Assembly: GCA_021810605.1 (NCBI GenBank)
Contig: JAJZIL010000002.1
Span: forward strand, 1,109 to 65,108
DNA length: 64,000 nucleotides
Source of the DNA: a bacterium
GTDB taxonomy: Bacteria; Patescibacteriota; Dojkabacteria; JAKAPS01; JAJZLI01
Reading direction: 5' to 3'
Below the pieces are notes generated by a model. That model was not told the origin of the DNA, did not search any database, and saw only the letters and a program-made list of their open reading frames with translations. Position 1 is the first letter of the stretch; every line of letters begins with the position of its first letter. Shown here in pieces: positions 60,988 to 64,000 of the stretch. Both the position numbers and the translations under genes were made by a program.

Positions 60988-62777
60988 AAAATTCTTTAGT
61001 GCATGCAAGTATATCTTCTATTGATAATAATTTTTTTACTACAGAAGCTAGTTGTTATCCAAATGATTCAGGTTCATATAGTTGTGGTAGTTCAGGAACT
61101 AGTAGTAGTTCAGGAACTAGTAGTAGTTCAAGTACTAGTTGTACTCAAACTAGTCCAACTAATTCAACATCAAGTCCATATAATTGTGGGAGTGCAGGAA
61201 CTAGTGGTGGAGGAACTACTTGTTATCCAACTGATTCAGGATCAAACCCATATGGTAATTGTGGGAGTTCAATAACACCAAAGACTCAGACTGTGAATGT
61301 GCAAGAAGATTATTGGACACAATCAAAACCTACAGGGTCTGCCACAATTGAAAATACTGACACTCTTAGTGGTGTATTACCTACTACAAATGTTTATCAT
61401 GTAATAACTACCGGTGTAGTAGTATTATTTTCAGGAAGTTATACTTATACTTGTAATGCTCCTGCACAGACTAAATCTTACAATTCTACAACAGAAGTTA
61501 CTACTGTAACTAATTATTCTTGTTCTACTCCAGCTCCTAAGAATTGTACAGACGGAGCTTCAGTTACAGAAACAGCAAATTTATCATCAGATTATCCTGG
61601 AGAGACATTAACATATTCTGATACGTTATGTTCATATACTGCTTCTGTAAATACTATTGTAAATCATGAGTATTATAAATATCAGATAAGTGTAGGTTCA
61701 CCTACATCAACATCTCCTTTTTATGTAGAGGAACATTCTCCTATTCCTAGCTCAGCTAGTACTTATGGTCAGATTGCTTATCAAGTTACCGTATCATGTG
61801 TACCACCATCATCGACCAGTGGGTTATCAAGTTATTACTCTTACTGTACTCCTGGATATCAAGATATAGCTGAATCTATTCCTGTAAAGTGGTTGAGTTT
61901 TTCTTATTCATCTGATATTTCAGAGAATAATTCTATTTGTAATACAGATGTATATTCCCCGAGTGATCCATGCACAGTCTATTTTGCAGTAACACCTTTT
62001 ACTTCCGGAGAAAATTTACCTTCTTCATACTCTTCTTATACAACACCTATTAATGTATATTTTTCTAATTCAGATGTTTTTTCTGGTAGTTTTGGGGCAA
62101 CATCATATTTTGGAAATTATACTGCTATAAATAATCCTTCATCAATAGAGGCTACTACAAATAATGTTAATTTAATTATTTTTTCTTCTTGGATACAAGC
62201 ACAAAATGGAAATACTTATTCTCCTAATGGTTATAATATTAATACACCTCCAAACTCTTCTACTATTGAAGGAAGTGCTTTTTTATTAGGTGGTTTAATA
62301 GAATATAAAACTTCAATATTAAATTTTTTAAATCCATCTCCTCAGCAAAAAACATTTTCTGTTAATAAATTAAATTTAATATCTAGTAGTAGTGGTACTC
62401 CTGTGTATGATTTTAATTTTTTTGCAACCCTATATTGTCAATTTAGTTCAAATTGTGAAAATAGTTCAGGAAATACATATTTGTATAGAAATGGAGTCTT
62501 AAATATTAACGGTATTCAGTCATACTCTCCTTCTACTTGTAATAGTAGTGGTGGTGCCAATTGGTATTATTATTCTTCTTCACAAACCTTTTCAAGTTCT
62601 TCTTTTTGTCCTTCAAATGATATAGTTTTAGTAAATGGAGATGTGGATATAACAAATAATATTACTGGATCTACTAATCTTCTAATCATATCAAATGGTA
62701 GTATTACTGTTTCTGGGAATGTTACCAATATAGATGCATTTTTGATGGCTATGTATCAAATTAAAATATTAAATTGA
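60903..62777 (+). CDS. secreted Ser/Thr/Cys-rich protein, candidate pilus-associated adhesin
   Basis: Sec-type signal ending LVHA, Cys-bracketed repeats, C-terminal VNGDVDIT...LIISNGSITV beta-solenoid-like motif; directly after the minor pilins. Confidence 0.75.
   Translation: MKFLKNRKILLKVIVFSIFFVFVGIFLYKNSLVHASISSIDNNFFTTEASCYPNDSGSYSCGSSGTSSSSGTSSSSSTSCTQTSPTNSTSSPYNCGSAGTSGGGTTCYPTDSGSNPYGNCGSSITPKTQTVNVQEDYWTQSKPTGSATIENTDTLSGVLPTTNVYHVITTGVVVLFSGSYTYTCNAPAQTKSYNSTTEVTTVTNYSCSTPAPKNCTDGASVTETANLSSDYPGETLTYSDTLCSYTASVNTIVNHEYYKYQISVGSPTSTSPFYVEEHSPIPSSASTYGQIAYQVTVSCVPPSSTSGLSSYYSYCTPGYQDIAESIPVKWLSFSYSSDISENNSICNTDVYSPSDPCTVYFAVTPFTSGENLPSSYSSYTTPINVYFSNSDVFSGSFGATSYFGNYTAINNPSSIEATTNNVNLIIFSSWIQAQNGNTYSPNGYNINTPPNSSTIEGSAFLLGGLIEYKTSILNFLNPSPQQKTFSVNKLNLISSSSGTPVYDFNFFATLYCQFSSNCENSSGNTYLYRNGVLNINGIQSYSPSTCNSSGGANWYYYSSSQTFSSSSFCPSNDIVLVNGDVDITNNITGSTNLLIISNGSITVSGNVTNIDAFLMAMYQIKILN
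61089..61142 (+). repeat. 18-bp tandem repeat x3 (in frame)
   Basis: AGTTCAGGAACTAGTAGT twice plus the degenerate AGTTCAAGTACTAGTTGT (SSGTSS units). Confidence 0.85.
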
Positions 62778-62787
62778 GTCTTTTTAT

Positions 62788-63180
62788 ATGAATAATAGTA
62801 ATAAAAAAATATTAGTAATTGAAGATGAAGAACCTTTAGTGGAGCTGTATAAAGAGATACTTGAAGATGCAGGATTTAAAGTAAAATATGCATACAGTGG
62901 TGATGAAGGAGCTGAATTGGCTGCTAAGGAGAAATTTAATCTTATACTTTTAGATCTAATGCTTCCAACTGGATCTATGAATGGAACATATGTTCTCTCT
63001 TTAATTAAAGGTGATAAAGATAAGTATGGTGATCCTTTAGTAGTGGTCTTGACAAATCTTACAAATGAGGCTGTAATAAAAGATGTATTAGAACAAAAAG
63101 CAGATGGTTTTCTAATGAAAACTGAACTTACTCCAGAGCAAATTGTCAAGGAAGTTCAAAATTATTTATATAGTAGATGA
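62788..63180 (+). CDS. single-domain response regulator (receiver)
   Basis: KILVIEDE, LILLDLMLP, LTN, FLMK. Confidence 0.92.
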   Translation: MNNSNKKILVIEDEEPLVELYKEILEDAGFKVKYAYSGDEGAELAAKEKFNLILLDLMLPTGSMNGTYVLSLIKGDKDKYGDPLVVVLTNLTNEAVIKDVLEQKADGFLMKTELTPEQIVKEVQNYLYSR

Positions 63181-63187
63181 GAAGAGT

Positions 63188-64000
63188 ATGTTTTCAAAAA
63201 ATAAAAACAATCTAAATTTTTTTGCAGTTGATTTTGGGTCAAATACTATAAAAATAGTTAAACTGAAAGATATAGAAAAGAATCCATCGGTGGTTTCTTT
63301 TGGTTCTACTCCTATGCCAAAAGGTGCATATAGTAGTGAAAGTGAACAACATAAGAAAGAGATATCAGTAGCTTTAAAATCATTAGTAAAAGATTTAAGT
63401 TTAAATACAAATAATGTTGCAACATCTCTTCCAGATACTTCAATATTTACAAGAATAGTTAGAATTCCTGCTAAGAAAGAGTCAGATTTAGAAGAGGCAG
63501 TATTTTGGTCATCTAAGAGGAATATTCCTATCTCCTTAGAAGATGTACAGATTGATTGGTCAATTGTAAATGTAACGGAATCTCCTGATGGTATGAATCA
63601 ATATGATATTCTTCTTGTTGCTGCACCAAAACTTTTAATTAATAGATATGTAGATATACTTAAGATGGCAGGGTTAAATCCTGTTTTTATAGAGACAGAA
63701 TCATTATCACTAGTAAGAGCACTCTCTTCTACTAATGAAACATCTCCAAGTATAATATTAGATTTTGGATATAGTTATATTGAGATAGTTGTAGAATTTA
63801 ATGGAAATCTACTATTTAATCAAACTATATCAACAGGTTCATCAGTCATAACTAAAGCGATAGCACAAGAATTTAATCTTGAAGATGTTCAGGCAGAAGA
63901 ATATAAGAAAAATTATGGATTAGACCCTAATCAATTAGAAGGAAAGATCTATAAAACTATCTCTCCTATAATGGAATCAATAGTAAATGAAATAAAAAGA
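63188..64000 (+). CDS. pilM: type IV pilus assembly protein PilM (3'-partial)
   Basis: Not in the ORF track because it runs off the window: MFSKNKNNLNFFAVDFGSNTIKIV, IPISLEDVQIDW, ILLVAAPK, IETESLSLVRAL, ILDFG, AEEYKKNYGL actin-like fold. Confidence 0.92.
   Translation, partial: MFSKNKNNLNFFAVDFGSNTIKIVKLKDIEKNPSVVSFGSTPMPKGAYSSESEQHKKEISVALKSLVKDLSLNTNNVATSLPDTSIFTRIVRIPAKKESDLEEAVFWSSKRNIPISLEDVQIDWSIVNVTESPDGMNQYDILLVAAPKLLINRYVDILKMAGLNPVFIETESLSLVRALSSTNETSPSIILDFGYSYIEIVVEFNGNLLFNQTISTGSSVITKAIAQEFNLEDVQAEEYKKNYGLDPNQLEGKIYKTISPIMESIVNEIKR

Noticed and set aside
4163-63149. Short antisense or alternate-frame ORFs in the track (e.g. 4163, 9950, 10739, 12084, 12306, 14703, 16724, 23680, 24595, 27259, 27820, 29259, 31364, 39167, 40122, 48958, 49835, 54975, 61003, 62784)
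   Set aside because: All overlap well-supported genes almost entirely and show no recognisable motifs; they are shadow ORFs
1-64000. Alternative genetic code (TGA=Gly, code 25) given the very low GC
   Set aside because: Conserved genes (efp, pilC, pilT, hisS, cysS) end at TGA at their expected C-termini, and long genes have no in-frame TGA
1-64000. CRISPR array, IS element or rRNA
   Set aside because: No regularly spaced repeat-spacer array, transposase motif or rRNA-like sequence was found

Overview
Very AT-rich bacterial chromosome segment in the standard code (TGA is used as a stop). The gene content is typical of a reduced Patescibacteria/CPR-like genome; this is an inference and the taxon was not determined. 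Positions 1-41.7 kb hold almost only plus-strand housekeeping genes: topA, rpsB-tsf-frr, mfd, trpS, hisS, dnaX-ybaB-recR-cysS-cca-ychF, tmRNA, pilN/pilO-like genes, rpoBC, rpsL-rpsG-fusA, tRNA-Leu, efp, yebC and ruvCAB. Next come a 1.1-kb gene-poor stretch, a CDGSH/ferredoxin-reductase pair, a tyrosine recombinase and a type IV pilus region. The most striking signal is a 132-bp near-perfect inverted repeat (45027-45158 / 60856-60987) that encodes the shared start and signal peptide of two otherwise different secreted proteins. It brackets a 15.7-kb block (O-antigen-ligase/TPR gene, gyrA, gyrB, holB-like, pilB-T-C, pilins, pilD) and lies next to the recombinase. This layout resembles a shufflon-type switch of the terminal pilus-associated gene, but inversion itself cannot be seen in one sequence. 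The major pilin is also duplicated with block-wise hypervariable segments. RNA polymerase, S12, GyrA, CysRS and Mfd carry unusual motif changes.
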